Shown here: positions 8,942 through 19,720 of the stretch, one piece after another
Position numbering within the stretch: the first letter of the stretch is position 1
Layout of the letters: the number at the start of each line of letters is the position of its first letter
Origin: Deinococcales bacterium
Lineage (GTDB): Bacteria > Deinococcota > Deinococci > Deinococcales > JAAFIG01
Assembly (NCBI GenBank): GCA_043778225.1
Contig: JAYWGM010000079.1
Span: 14,094-78,093 of the forward strand
Direction of reading: 5' to 3'
Length of the DNA stretch: 64,000 nt
Made by a program: the position numbers and the translations under genes
The notes under the pieces: generated by a model
What the model was told of the DNA's origin: nothing
Database searches by the model: none
Seen by the model: only the letters and a program-made list of their open reading frames with translations

Positions 8942-11784
8942 CATAGCCGGACACCTTCGTTGCGAACTCGAGTCAAAAAGCGCTCGAGGCGAGTTTCATC
9001 GATTGGCTTAGAAAAATATTCAGAAACACCAAGCGCCAAGGCAAATTCGCGGTGTTTATCAGAAGCACGGGTGGTGAGCATGGCAACTGGCAGTTTAGCA
9101 AATGCTGGGCGGCGGCGCAGTTCATCGAGCAATTCAAAGCCGCTTTTGCGCGGCATCTCGAGGTCGGTGATGATCGCGTCAAATTCGGCTTCGCTGGTCA
9201 TCAAGTTTAGCGCTTCTTCACCATCAGCCGCCGTGGTCACATCGCAACCCATGCGGGTCAGTAAGCCAGCCACAATTTTACGCACCGACAACGAATCGTC
9301 GACCAAGAGCAGCCGCGTCCGACGGGCAGTCGCCACGGTGCTTGGGGCTTGGATTTCGCCGCGCTCGAGTTTGGCTAAACCGTTGGGGTCGAGCATCAAA
9401 ATCACTTCGCCCTCGGCACTGACCGATGCTCCCGACAAGTGAGCAATTTGGTCAAATGGGGCATCCAATTGGCGCACCACAGCTTGCTCGAGTCCAAGCA
9501 TGGCATCCACTTCATAAGCCAAACGTCCGACTTCCGACTCGAGAATCATCACCACAAGGCGTTTAGCATCGCTTGGGCTGCGCGGCAATTCGAGAATATC
9601 CGCCAGATGATTCAGCACAAAATCCTCGCCCTGAAAAGTAAATTGGCGCTCTAAACCTTCGGTCGTGACCACTTGGCGAATCTCGGCAACATCTAAGCTA
9701 CGCAGCGCCCGAACCGTTTCGGCTGGCACGGCAAACTGCTCGCCAGAAACTTGGATACTGAGAATATCCGAGACAATCAAATTGGCTGGAATACGCAGGC
9801 TAAAACGTGTTCCTAAGCCGTTTTCAGTTTGGATGCTGACCGCTCCTTTTAAGCGGCGCAGGTTATTAGCCACCACATCCATACCCACCCCGCGTCCGGC
9901 TCGATCGGTGACGCTTTTGGCGGTGCTGAGTCCGGGCAAGAAAATTAACTCGGCTGCCATTTCGTCGCTCATGGCAAGCACTTCTTCGGCGGTTCTTAAA
10001 CCGCGCTCGACTGCCCGACGGCGAACGGCTTGTAAATCAATCCCCGCGCCATCGTCTTGAACCTCGAGAACCAAATTTGCACCACGGCGCAGCGCCGTAA
10101 TTTTTAAGACCCCCGAGGCTTCTTTGCCAGCCCGACGGCGCACATCTGGGGCTTCGATGCCATGAATCACAGCATTGTTGACCAAATGGGTGAATGGGTC
10201 TACCAGACTTTCCAAAACCAAGTTGTCGATTTCGACATTTTCGCCGCTCAGTTCAAGTTGCACCATTTTGCTGACCGATTCGGCGGTGGTGCGGACTTGC
10301 CGCCGCAAACGCTGATACAACCTCGAGAGTGGCACAAGCCGCAAACGCCCCGCCTCGAGCCGCAAAGAACGGGTCAGTTTTTCAAAGTCTTGGGTTTCGC
10401 GCTTAAAGCCTTTGCCTAAATCCTCGAGTTCAAGTTGCAACTCAGAAATATCTGCCGTCAACTCGGCGACTCCTCGAGCAATCAAACTGGTGTCGTCGTA
10501 GCGGTCAAACTCAAGTTCAGAAAACATTGCCCGCACATCTTCAATCAACTGGCTTTGTGGTTCGGCTTGGGTTTCGGGTTCGGTATTTTCGGCTAAGAAT
10601 TTCGGGTTGCCAAAGCGTTCGGTAATGTCGGCACTGGTTTTTTCTAAGCGCTGACGGCTGCCTGATAAAAGTTCGTTGAGTTCCTCGAGCCGACGCGCAA
10701 AATTATCGAAACGCGCCCGTGTCAGGAGCACCTCACCCGATAAATTTAAGACTCGCTCGAGTCGATTTAAGCCCACCCGCAAAGTCACATTGGCAGTTGG
10801 GGCAGTCTCGGGGGCAGCCGTTGGGATTGGTACTGGTGTTGCCGTCACCTCAGGAGGCTGGACTGGCGCTGCTCGCAGCCCAAGAATCAAATCCAAGGCT
10901 TGGTGTGTGCCTTCAAGCGCTCCCGCCAAGGCAACCTCGCGTCCTTCGGCGGTGGCAATCATCCTCGAGAGGGCATCTATGCCCTGTGCTACCGCATTAC
11001 CAAATTGCTCATTCCAAGTGGTGTTGCCGTCGCGCACCAAGACCAGTGCATCCTCGAGCCGGTGCGCCAGTTTACCGAGCGGGTCGCAACCGACCGAATA
11101 GCTTGCCCCTTTGACGGTGTGAAAACCACGAAAAATCTCGTCTATGGCAGCTTTGGGCGATTCTGGGTCGAGGGTTTCTAAGCCGTGTGCCACCAATTCA
11201 AGATTCTCGAGGACTTCTGGCGCAAAATATTCCCAAACCTCGGGTTGACTACGAAAATACTGGCGCAACTCCTCAACCAGACTTAATGGGGCTGGTTCTT
11301 CAAATTGTAAGACTAGCTCTGGCTCGGATTCTTCTATAAAACCCAAGCTGTCGCCCATTTGGGCTTCAGTGCGCTTAAAGTGGCTTGGATTTTTGACCAA
11401 CAAACGCTGGAGCAGGTCTCCTCCACCCAAAGCTGCCAAGGCTAAGCCCGGTTCGCCTTCATCGCCAGTGGTCTGGATGCGTTCTAAGGCTTCAGACAGC
11501 ACAGCGGTGACTTGCGCTGAGAAGTCGAGCGCCAAGCGCCGTTGGTCGGTGGCAAATAAATGAGCGCTTTCAAAAACCCGCTCGAGCAAACCCGCCAAAC
11601 TCGAGACTTCGGCATACTGATACAAGCCAGCACTGCCTTTTAAGCGGTGCGAAGCCACCACCAAACGGCGCATTCCGTCGGGGTGCGCCATTAAAAACGG
11701 GGCAGACTCGAGTTCGCCAGTTGTTTCCCAGGCTTCGGCTAAGAAACTTTCAATCAGGTCTGGGGGACGAGTATAAGCAGTCAT
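8941..11784 (-). CDS. cheA: CheA/ChpA-like hybrid histidine kinase (2 Hpt, HATPase, CheW, REC)
   Basis: Hpt motifs SHRLKGSA and FHTVKGAS; HLVNNAVIHGIE; GRGVGMDVV; C-terminal REC. Confidence 0.93.
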   Translation of the reverse strand: MTAYTRPPDLIESFLAEAWETTGELESAPFLMAHPDGMRRLVVASHRLKGSAGLYQYAEVSSLAGLLERVFESAHLFATDQRRLALDFSAQVTAVLSEALERIQTTGDEGEPGLALAALGGGDLLQRLLVKNPSHFKRTEAQMGDSLGFIEESEPELVLQFEEPAPLSLVEELRQYFRSQPEVWEYFAPEVLENLELVAHGLETLDPESPKAAIDEIFRGFHTVKGASYSVGCDPLGKLAHRLEDALVLVRDGNTTWNEQFGNAVAQGIDALSRMIATAEGREVALAGALEGTHQALDLILGLRAAPVQPPEVTATPVPIPTAAPETAPTANVTLRVGLNRLERVLNLSGEVLLTRARFDNFARRLEELNELLSGSRQRLEKTSADITERFGNPKFLAENTEPETQAEPQSQLIEDVRAMFSELEFDRYDDTSLIARGVAELTADISELQLELEDLGKGFKRETQDFEKLTRSLRLEAGRLRLVPLSRLYQRLRRQVRTTAESVSKMVQLELSGENVEIDNLVLESLVDPFTHLVNNAVIHGIEAPDVRRRAGKEASGVLKITALRRGANLVLEVQDDGAGIDLQAVRRRAVERGLRTAEEVLAMSDEMAAELIFLPGLSTAKSVTDRAGRGVGMDVVANNLRRLKGAVSIQTENGLGTRFSLRIPANLIVSDILSIQVSGEQFAVPAETVRALRSLDVAEIRQVVTTEGLERQFTFQGEDFVLNHLADILELPRSPSDAKRLVVMILESEVGRLAYEVDAMLGLEQAVVRQLDAPFDQIAHLSGASVSAEGEVILMLDPNGLAKLERGEIQAPSTVATARRTRLLLVDDSLSVRKIVAGLLTRMGCDVTTAADGEEALNLMTSEAEFDAIITDLEMPRKSGFELLDELRRRPAFAKLPVAMLTTRASDKHREFALALGVSEYFSKPIDETRLERFLTRVRNEGVRL

Positions 11785-13715
11785 TAGGCAGGCAACCTAA
11801 AGCGCTCAAGGCTTTGCGATAAAGACTGCGACAGGGTTTGCAATTCGCCGGCTGCCACACCACCTTGGCGGGTATTGGTTTCGGTGACTTGGGCAGTTTT
11901 TACAATCCGCGTCACGTTCTCGCGCACCACTTCGACCGACTCGGCTTGTTGACTTGCCAAACTGGCAATGTCGGAAGCAACCTGCACCGACTGACGTGCT
12001 AAATCCGAAATGCGCTCCAAGCGTTCGCTGGCTTGCGCCGCCACTTGTGTCCCCATCTGGACTTGCTCGGCGCTAACCGTCGCCCGACCCGAGAGCGTCT
12101 GAATTTCGTTTTGGACATCTTTTACAATGCTGGTGATACGACTGGCGGCTTTTGCCGAGTCATCTGCCAAAGAACGCACCGCATTTGCCACCGCCCCGAA
12201 ACGCGCTCCTGCCGTACCCGCTCCGGCTGCCTCGAGCGACGCACCCAGAGCCAAAAGGTTAGTCTGCGAAGCAAAGCGCGAAATCGTGCGGACGACTTCA
12301 GAAATTTCGTCCGAACGCCGCGCCAAGCCTTGCATCCCTTGGGTCATGCTGAGCATCTGGTCACGAATCTGAACCAACTGTTCACGGGTTTGGGTCACGG
12401 CTTGCGTTCCAGCACTCGAAGCCTCGAGCGTAAACTGAGCCGCACTCGCGCCCTTATCGGCAGTGGCTGCCAAGGACTGCATGGCTTGTGCCACAAGGTT
12501 GGTCTGGTTTTGTGCGCCCTGAGCCAAACTGGCTTGCGATTGGGCATTCTCGAGAATCCCCTGCGAAGTTTGGGTCATTGAATTGGCACTCGAGGAAACC
12601 CGCTCGGCAGCCGAACGGACATTGCCCAATAAAACACCAAACTCATCGGTCATGATATTAATTGCATCTACCACGTTACCCAGCACATCATCGGTAACTG
12701 CCCCTTTTTTGGTCAGGTCGCCGCCAGCAATATCCATGGCGACATTTAAGAATTCCGAAACGTTTTCTTGGAGTTTAACGCCTTTTTGGCGCTCGAGGTC
12801 TTGTTCGATACGCACAGCACGAAGTTGGGTAATTGAGGCATTCAAAGCCGTCGAGACCGAACCAATTTCATCGCGTCCACGGACATCTGACTGGACATCC
12901 AAGTTACCACTGCGAAGTTCTCTGGCTGCCGACTCAAGTTTTGAAAGCCGCAAAGTAATCGAGCGCCCAATCAAAAACACCAACAACGCTCCAAAAACCA
13001 AAATCGCCAAAAAGACCAAAATAGAATTGCGTTGACTGGCAGCGCTGGCTTCATCCGCATCGGCAGCCGACAACTTAGCAAACTCGAGGTTTAAGGACAC
13101 CAAATCTTGTAAACGGTCACTGATTTCAAAATAACCACCAGTCAATTCTGCCAGTGCCATCTCGCCATTTTTACCCTTGGTTTTAATAAAGGCAGCCAAG
13201 CTGGTTTTCATTCGGTTATTGAGGGTTTTTAACTCGCCAAATTGCAGCACTTCGCGGTCTTGGAGTTTGGTTTGTTGTTTGGCTTTGAGCAAAGCCGTAA
13301 ATTCAGGTTTAATCGTGGTAATCCAAAGTTTTTCGTACTGCTCGAGAACCGCATTTAAGCGCTTAGAGTAATCAAGCGACTGCTCTAAAACACCATCCAC
13401 CTGCTCTTGGTCTAAACTCGAGGCACTGGTCTGTAAAACTTCCAAAGTACGCACCGTGGCAATCGAAGAAATACGGGCTTCTTGTAAGCTGTTGATTGGC
13501 AGCAACTCGAATTCGTACAAGTTATTGGTGTGGTACGAGAGTGTGGCATTTGTGGTCTGATTGACCAACAACAACACCAAAGTACCCAAAGCCAGCACCA
13601 AACTCAACAAGCCAATTTTCCACAACACCCCAAGGTTATCGAGAATGCCAGCACTTTGACGTTCACCGCCGCCCAACTGGGTGGTGGTTATTCGAGATTT
13701 TCGAGCTTCTAGCAT
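11784..13715 (-). CDS. Methyl-accepting chemotaxis protein (four-helix-bundle-type sensor, HAMP)
   Basis: Two TMs, HAMP RDEIG, signalling tip QTNLLAL. Confidence 0.92.
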   Translation of the reverse strand: MLEARKSRITTTQLGGGERQSAGILDNLGVLWKIGLLSLVLALGTLVLLLVNQTTNATLSYHTNNLYEFELLPINSLQEARISSIATVRTLEVLQTSASSLDQEQVDGVLEQSLDYSKRLNAVLEQYEKLWITTIKPEFTALLKAKQQTKLQDREVLQFGELKTLNNRMKTSLAAFIKTKGKNGEMALAELTGGYFEISDRLQDLVSLNLEFAKLSAADADEASAASQRNSILVFLAILVFGALLVFLIGRSITLRLSKLESAARELRSGNLDVQSDVRGRDEIGSVSTALNASITQLRAVRIEQDLERQKGVKLQENVSEFLNVAMDIAGGDLTKKGAVTDDVLGNVVDAINIMTDEFGVLLGNVRSAAERVSSSANSMTQTSQGILENAQSQASLAQGAQNQTNLVAQAMQSLAATADKGASAAQFTLEASSAGTQAVTQTREQLVQIRDQMLSMTQGMQGLARRSDEISEVVRTISRFASQTNLLALGASLEAAGAGTAGARFGAVANAVRSLADDSAKAASRITSIVKDVQNEIQTLSGRATVSAEQVQMGTQVAAQASERLERISDLARQSVQVASDIASLASQQAESVEVVRENVTRIVKTAQVTETNTRQGGVAAGELQTLSQSLSQSLERFRLPA

Positions 13716-13728
13716 AGAATCCCCTCCT

Positions 13729-16047
13729 TTAGACCGGCAAGCGGAAACGCTCGAGGTTGGCAGCTAAGTTTTGTGCCAATTGACGAAGTTGTTCGGCGTT
13801 TTCTTGACCACTCTGACTCTGTTCACGGGCGGATTGTGCAGTTGCGGCAATCGTCTGAACGGCTTGAGTTACGGTTTGGACCCGACCGACTTGGTTGCGA
13901 GTAACATCCGAAATACGGGTTGCAAAATCTGAGGATTGCTGTGCCAACTGGGCGATTTGCTCGAGTTGATTACCGGCTTGCGAAGCGATTTTATAGCCCT
14001 GCTCGACTTCTTTTGTTCCGTCCTCAATACCAATCACCAAGCCCTGAATTTCGGTTTGAATGCTCTTGATTAAGCCAGCCACACGGCTGGTGGACTTTGC
14101 CGAGTCTTCTGCCAAGCGCCGCACCTCGTCTGCCACAATCGCAAACCGTGCGCCAGCTTCACCTGCACCAGAAGCCTCGATGGCGGCATTTAAGGAAAGC
14201 AAGTTGGTCTGGGCGGCAATACCCGAAATCGTATCGACAATTTCTTGAATCTCGAGCGAGCGGTCAGAAAGGCTCTTAACCGACTTAGAAATGTTACTAA
14301 CCTCACGACGAATTGAGTTCATACCCGTTAGGGTTTCCTGCACTGCCGCCTGCCCTTCACGGCTGGCATCGAGGGTGCGTTGGGCAATCACGGCGGTGTC
14401 GGAGGCGGTGTTGGTCAATTCCTCGAATTGCTGACTGACCTCGAGTGCTTGGGTCTGGGCTTCTTGTGCCACTTCTTCTTGTGAAACCGCACCTTGCACA
14501 ATGTTGCGACTGGCGTGGGTTAATTCTCGAGCGCCGGAGTTGACTTGTTCGGTGGTCGTCTGGACATCTTTAAGCAGGTAGCCAATTTCTTCGGTCATCA
14601 GGTTAATTGCGTCAATCACGTTACCGAGTACGTCTTCTGTAACCCGACCTTTTTTGGTAAAGTCGCCGCCCGAAATATCCATGGCGACATTCAAAAACTC
14701 ACCAATGTTCTCTTGGAGTTGCTTAGAGCGCATCGCTTCATCGCGTTGGGCATCCACAAAGTCGCGGAGTTGCAAAACCGAGTTGTTAAAAGCCACACCA
14801 AGCTGACCAATTTCGTCTCTTGAACGCACCGCCATGGTTTGTGACAAATCGCCCGAACCAAATTTCTCGGCAACTTTGACCATCTGCGAAAGCGGGTTGG
14901 TGATTGAACGGGTCGTTAAAAAAGCCCCCAACAGCACCAACAAGACCAGCACCAACAAAGCTCCAAGAACCAAACGTTGAGTATTTTGTAAATTATTAAC
15001 ACGTTCTTCAAGCAATTCATTGAGTTTGGCTAAAGCATTGTCATACAAGCTGTAGTAATTCACCAACAAGCGATTCATCCCACTGACAAAAGTTTCGATT
15101 GGATAGCGCCCAATTTCGGTTGAATCGCCACCTTCTTGAATGAAAGTGCGCGAAACAACATCATCGAGTGTCCCTTGGGCAGCGCGATTAAAACCAACCG
15201 TCTGCAAACTAAACTGACTGAGTTGCTTTGGGTTGGCAGTTGCCGCAAAGGCGGCGGAGCGCTCGGCTTCACTGGAATCGTCGCGAATACGTGCCAGCAA
15301 AACATTTAAGCGAAATTTTTCGTCTTCAACAATCCGCTTACGGGTCAAAATACCAACCCCCACACCTGCCACCTGACCAATGTCGTCCACAATGCTAGGC
15401 AACTTATTGGTGGTCAAATCTACGGTGTAAAAAGTATCGAGTTGTGGGTCAAGAATTAAGTTTGAGTTATTGGCAACGATTCGCAACAAATCAAACATTT
15501 CGACCCGAATTAAGCGATTATGGGCTTCAAAGTTGGCATCTACGGTGCTGGTGACCAGATTCTCTTCAATGCTGCGCCAGTTGGCTTTGACTCGCTCATA
15601 ACTTTCTTTGCTCTTAAAAGACCCACCAAAACGGTTATTCAAAGCATCGGTGCTTGCCAAAAGGGTATTGATTTCTTCGGCTTTCTTTTGCCGCGTCTGG
15701 ATTGCTGTACCGCCAGAACGCTGCTGGGTGACCAAACCACGGTGTTCAGAAAAACGTTGCAAAAGATTACCAAGGCTGCGAAGGTAAACTGCACCATCGC
15801 GTTCACGCAAACTAAAATTAATTTGCTGCTGTTGCTGATTTAATAAGAAAAATACCGCCAAACCCAAAGGGATGAGCAACGACAGCACCAAAAAAAGCAG
15901 ACGGGTCGAAACCAAAAAGCCGCCACGTGGGGCAGAAGTTGCCAGATCGCCAACCGATTCAAATTCAACCGAAGTGATGCTGGCGCTGGGTGATTCGGCT
16001 TTTTTAGCACCGAACAACGAGAATTTTGGTTTTTTGGTCGTGTTCAT
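13729..16047 (-). CDS. Methyl-accepting chemotaxis protein
   Basis: Two TMs, SNLILDP sensor motif, [29 protein letters not shown]. Confidence 0.95.
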   Translation of the reverse strand: MNTTKKPKFSLFGAKKAESPSASITSVEFESVGDLATSAPRGGFLVSTRLLFLVLSLLIPLGLAVFFLLNQQQQQINFSLRERDGAVYLRSLGNLLQRFSEHRGLVTQQRSGGTAIQTRQKKAEEINTLLASTDALNNRFGGSFKSKESYERVKANWRSIEENLVTSTVDANFEAHNRLIRVEMFDLLRIVANNSNLILDPQLDTFYTVDLTTNKLPSIVDDIGQVAGVGVGILTRKRIVEDEKFRLNVLLARIRDDSSEAERSAAFAATANPKQLSQFSLQTVGFNRAAQGTLDDVVSRTFIQEGGDSTEIGRYPIETFVSGMNRLLVNYYSLYDNALAKLNELLEERVNNLQNTQRLVLGALLVLVLLVLLGAFLTTRSITNPLSQMVKVAEKFGSGDLSQTMAVRSRDEIGQLGVAFNNSVLQLRDFVDAQRDEAMRSKQLQENIGEFLNVAMDISGGDFTKKGRVTEDVLGNVIDAINLMTEEIGYLLKDVQTTTEQVNSGARELTHASRNIVQGAVSQEEVAQEAQTQALEVSQQFEELTNTASDTAVIAQRTLDASREGQAAVQETLTGMNSIRREVSNISKSVKSLSDRSLEIQEIVDTISGIAAQTNLLSLNAAIEASGAGEAGARFAIVADEVRRLAEDSAKSTSRVAGLIKSIQTEIQGLVIGIEDGTKEVEQGYKIASQAGNQLEQIAQLAQQSSDFATRISDVTRNQVGRVQTVTQAVQTIAATAQSAREQSQSGQENAEQLRQLAQNLAANLERFRLPV

Positions 16048-16096
16048 CAGTGGACCTCCTGTGGCGTGTTCATCTTATGAACCTCCTGTGGCGTGT
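16039..16096. repeat. Tandem duplication (about 27 bp) of a Shine-Dalgarno plus start-codon region
   Basis: cgtgttcatc-N5/6-acctcctgtgg occurs twice. Confidence 0.85.
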
Positions 16097-16103
16097 GGTG
16101 ATT

Positions 16104-16571
16104 TCATGAAAGTACCTGAGCCGTAGGTTGTACAAAAACCACACGGCTGCTTTGGGGGGCAAAGACTGCCGAAAGTTGCTCCAAGACTTTTGGTAGATTC
16201 AAGAGTGGAATGGTGCTGTTGGCGTAGCGCATCGCCCCAAAGCAAATTGGCTCGAGGTCTGGCTCGAGCATGGCATTGGCGGCTTCAAATGCCACAAAAC
16301 CCAGAGCGGCATCAATTGCCACCCCAAATTGTCGCCCTTCAAACTCGAGTTGCACCGCAAAGTCATGTTTAGGGATTGGTAAACCAAGAAGCGGCTCAAG
16401 TGCCACAATTGGAATCACTTGTGAGCGCACCGCAAACAAGCCAAGCAAAGCACTGGCAGCCCGTGGCGCTCGGCGTAAATCGGTTAAGCCATGCACCTGA
16501 CGGGTGTATGCTCCAGCTATCCCGATTAAGGATTGCCCTATTTGCACCACACAAGCCCGTTGCACAATCAT
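16104..16571 (-). CDS. cheW: CheW-like adaptor protein
   Basis: APRAASALLGLFAVRSQVIPIV; FGVAIDA; IPLLNL; operon context. Confidence 0.85.
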   Translation of the reverse strand: MIVQRACVVQIGQSLIGIAGAYTRQVHGLTDLRRAPRAASALLGLFAVRSQVIPIVALEPLLGLPIPKHDFAVQLEFEGRQFGVAIDAALGFVAFEAANAMLEPDLEPICFGAMRYANSTIPLLNLPKVLEQLSAVFAPQSSRVVFVQPTAQVLS

Positions 16572-16572
16572 A

Positions 16573-16941
16573 TTACCTTCCTGTGGTTAAACGCGCCACC
16601 ATATTTAACAAAGCATCAGCGGTGTAGGGTTTTGGCAAATAATCGGTTGCCCCTTGACGTTTGCCCCATTCGATGTCGGTCGGTTGGTCTTTACTCGAGA
16701 TGATACAGACTGCCAAGTCTTTGCTGTTGGGGTCGCGGCGGAGTTTTCGCAGAATTTCATAGCCATTGCGCTGCGGCATGACCACATCCAAAAGAATCAA
16801 ATCTGGCTGCTCGGCTTCGATTAACGCCTCCACCCCTTCGCCATTGATACAAAGCGCGACCCGATGGGCAGCGCTCACCAGAATAGATTCCGCCAGCTTT
16901 AAGTCTGCCATTGAGTCGTCGACTGCGATAATTTTTGCCAT
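16573..16941 (-). CDS. Single-domain response regulator (PilH/CheY-like)
   Basis: VDDS, LLDVVMP, DIEWGKRQGA, PKPY. Confidence 0.92.
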   Translation of the reverse strand: MAKIIAVDDSMADLKLAESILVSAAHRVALCINGEGVEALIEAEQPDLILLDVVMPQRNGYEILRKLRRDPNSKDLAVCIISSKDQPTDIEWGKRQGATDYLPKPYTADALLNMVARLTTGR

Positions 16942-17104
16942 AATTTACCTCGAGAATAAAAAATTGAGAGCTGCTTAACGGCTCGATACAACTAGCGTAT
17001 CAGACTTCTTTAGCCAGCAGTGCCTAAAGTCGACACGACTATTCTAAACCAAGTATAAGTTTTTACCTGTTAAGATGAGATGTGCAAGAAAACTGGCAAG
17101 CAAC

Positions 17105-19720
17105 ATGAGTCTCGAGATACGGGCAGCTTCGGCTGGGACAGGAAAAACCACCAGTTTAGTGCTGCTGTACTTAGAAGCCCTAAAAACCACTCCAGCACGA
17201 CGTATTGCCGCCGTAACCTTCACGCGGGCTTCGGCTCGAGATTTACGGACACGTTTACGGGCGGGCTTATTGGAGTTGCTGCAAACGGGGCGCTACTTGG
17301 ATGTGGTGCTGCACACCCGTGAACCTTTTGAACGGGCGCTAAAAGAACTGGACTCGAGTGCAATATCAACCATCCACGGATTTTTTCGGGTTTTGCTGCG
17401 CTTAAATGCCCCAAGCCTTGGTTTAGACCCTGAGTTTACCAACCTCGATGAATCCCAAGCCAAAGAAATCTACCGAGCGGCGTGCAGCAGTTTATTGGCT
17501 CGAGCCGCCCTGCTTGGCGAAACGGGTACGGCTTTACTCGCCACGTATGGCTGGGAAGAAGCCCTATCTGCCCTCGAGACACTTTTTGAAAAACGGGTTT
17601 ACGCACCATTTTTTGGCGACGACCAAAATTTATTAGAAACCTACAACGCCGCCAACGCGCTCTACCAAGCTCGACTGGCAAACAGCAGTTTATCGGCAAC
17701 CGATATTGAACTTAAAACCCTTGAATTGCTCGAGCAGCCAGCTTGCGTTGCCCGAATCCAAAGCCGTTTTCAGATTTTATTGGTGGATGAGTTTCAGGAT
17801 GTCAATCCACTGCAAGCCAAAATTTTTACCCGCCTGAACTTGCAGCGCACGATTTTTGTCGGAGATGCCAAACAGAGCATCTATGCCTTTCGGGATGCCG
17901 ATGTGACGGCGTTTCTCGAGATGTACCAACAAGCCAAGTCACTTGCGCCTTTGACCACAACTTACCGGCATGGAAAAGCCTTATCTGAGTTTTACTCGAG
18001 CTTGTCCGAAAAATTATTTCCAGAATTCTCGGAGCGAGGCTTACCCGCCACCGTCTCGAGTGGGCGCACAAATGCCACCTCGAGTGCCGAAATGCACCTG
18101 ATTGAAGCCAGCCATTTAGAAAGCGGACGCAGCACCGAAGCGCGAATTATCGCCAAAAGGCTTTGGGAACTGCACCAAGCTGGCTATGCGTGGCGCGAGA
18201 TGGCAATTCTGTTGCGAACCAGAACCTCTTTAACCAACCTTGAACCCAGTCTGCGCCATGCTCAAATACCGTTTTTGGTCGGCAGTGGACAGCGCTATTA
18301 CGACCGCCGAGAAATCCGCGATGCGATTCAGCTGTTACGCGCTAAGCTCCAGCCAGAAGCGCCCGAAGTGTTGGCAGCCTTGGCACGGCTACCGAGCATC
18401 AATTTACCACTCGAGAAAATAGAAAACCTCTTGACAAACACAAAACGCGCCTTACAAGACCCCGACTTCGCGCCACTTGTGGCACTGCTTGAGGTGATTT
18501 ATGGCGCAAGTGATGCCCTTGGCTTGCTCGAGGCGGCTTGGATGCACCTTGGCACAAACTTGACCCGCGAAGCCCAAAGTTACGCCAATTTGGATGGTTT
18601 ACTCTATCAATTGGCAGCCAGAGGCGCACGCGACCCACGGGCTGCGCTGACGTTTCTCGAGCAAGCCCAGTTGGGCGAAGCCGAAGGCGACGAACCACTC
18701 GAGGGACAAGACGCAGTGCGAATTTTAACGATTCATGCTTCCAAAGGACTTGAGTTTCCAGTCTGTGTGGTCTACGACCTAGCGCGAGGCGAGCGCAACA
18801 CTGCCGAAGCCTTGGCAGTCCACCCAAACGGCGAAGTGGCTTGGCGCGGCACAGCCAGCTACATCAGCACCCAGAAGCACTGGAACGCCCGCCGCGATGG
18901 CGAAGCCAATCGTTTGTTGTACGTTGCCCTGACTCGAGCCAAAGATGTTTTAATCCTGACTGGCTCGAGTACCGGCACTGCCCGAGGCTGGTTGGCGAAC
19001 TTTGAAAAAATTGGCTCGTTGCCACACTTAGAGGTTGTGACCCATGCCGAAGACCAAAGTCTACCGCTTGAGATAACAACCAATCCGCAGTCTTTTCTGA
19101 CTTTAATGCCCAATTTAGAGCTTGCTAAAGCCAGTTTTAAGCGCCACACCCCAAGGGTTCGTGCGCCGACTCGCTCGCCAGAAGCCCACGAAACAGACAC
19201 CAGCCCAGACGAACTGCGACTGGATTTACACAGCGAATCCATCCCCGAAGCCGACCGTGTGATAGGCACACTGGCACACTATGCGATTGCCGAAAATTTC
19301 TCGAGCCAGAACATGGCACAACGCCAGATTCTAAGCGCCCAATATGTCCTGCACCCCTATAGCCCACTCGAGTGCCAAACCATGATTGAACGGGCTTGGT
19401 GGTATTTAACCCAATATGAAAAACTGTATCCAGACCGCAGTCAGCGCCTTGTGGATTATGCCGAACTGCCCTTTGCCTACCAAGACGGCAAAACCACATG
19501 GCAAGGCATCATAGACCGCCTCTACCAAGAAGAAAACGGCACTTGGATACTCGAGGATTACAAAACCGACAGCCTTCCCTTGCCAGAAATCCCACAGCGT
19601 GCCAGAGCTTACGAGCGCCAGCTTGGCATTTACCGCGAAGCCGTAAAAAGCGCCAGAAAACTCGAGCCAGAAGTTCGCCTGACGTTTTTGCACCACGGGA
19701 TTGTTTATAAACTAGGGTAA
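17105..19720 (+). CDS. UvrD-family helicase with C-terminal PD-(D/E)XK nuclease (AddA-like)
   Basis: ASAGTGKT, DEFQD, VGDAKQSIYAFR, TIHASKGLEF, LYVALTRA, GIIDRL..EDYKT; start placed at ATG 17105. Confidence 0.9.
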   Translation: MSLEIRAASAGTGKTTSLVLLYLEALKTTPARRIAAVTFTRASARDLRTRLRAGLLELLQTGRYLDVVLHTREPFERALKELDSSAISTIHGFFRVLLRLNAPSLGLDPEFTNLDESQAKEIYRAACSSLLARAALLGETGTALLATYGWEEALSALETLFEKRVYAPFFGDDQNLLETYNAANALYQARLANSSLSATDIELKTLELLEQPACVARIQSRFQILLVDEFQDVNPLQAKIFTRLNLQRTIFVGDAKQSIYAFRDADVTAFLEMYQQAKSLAPLTTTYRHGKALSEFYSSLSEKLFPEFSERGLPATVSSGRTNATSSAEMHLIEASHLESGRSTEARIIAKRLWELHQAGYAWREMAILLRTRTSLTNLEPSLRHAQIPFLVGSGQRYYDRREIRDAIQLLRAKLQPEAPEVLAALARLPSINLPLEKIENLLTNTKRALQDPDFAPLVALLEVIYGASDALGLLEAAWMHLGTNLTREAQSYANLDGLLYQLAARGARDPRAALTFLEQAQLGEAEGDEPLEGQDAVRILTIHASKGLEFPVCVVYDLARGERNTAEALAVHPNGEVAWRGTASYISTQKHWNARRDGEANRLLYVALTRAKDVLILTGSSTGTARGWLANFEKIGSLPHLEVVTHAEDQSLPLEITTNPQSFLTLMPNLELAKASFKRHTPRVRAPTRSPEAHETDTSPDELRLDLHSESIPEADRVIGTLAHYAIAENFSSQNMAQRQILSAQYVLHPYSPLECQTMIERAWWYLTQYEKLYPDRSQRLVDYAELPFAYQDGKTTWQGIIDRLYQEENGTWILEDYKTDSLPLPEIPQRARAYERQLGIYREAVKSARKLEPEVRLTFLHHGIVYKLG

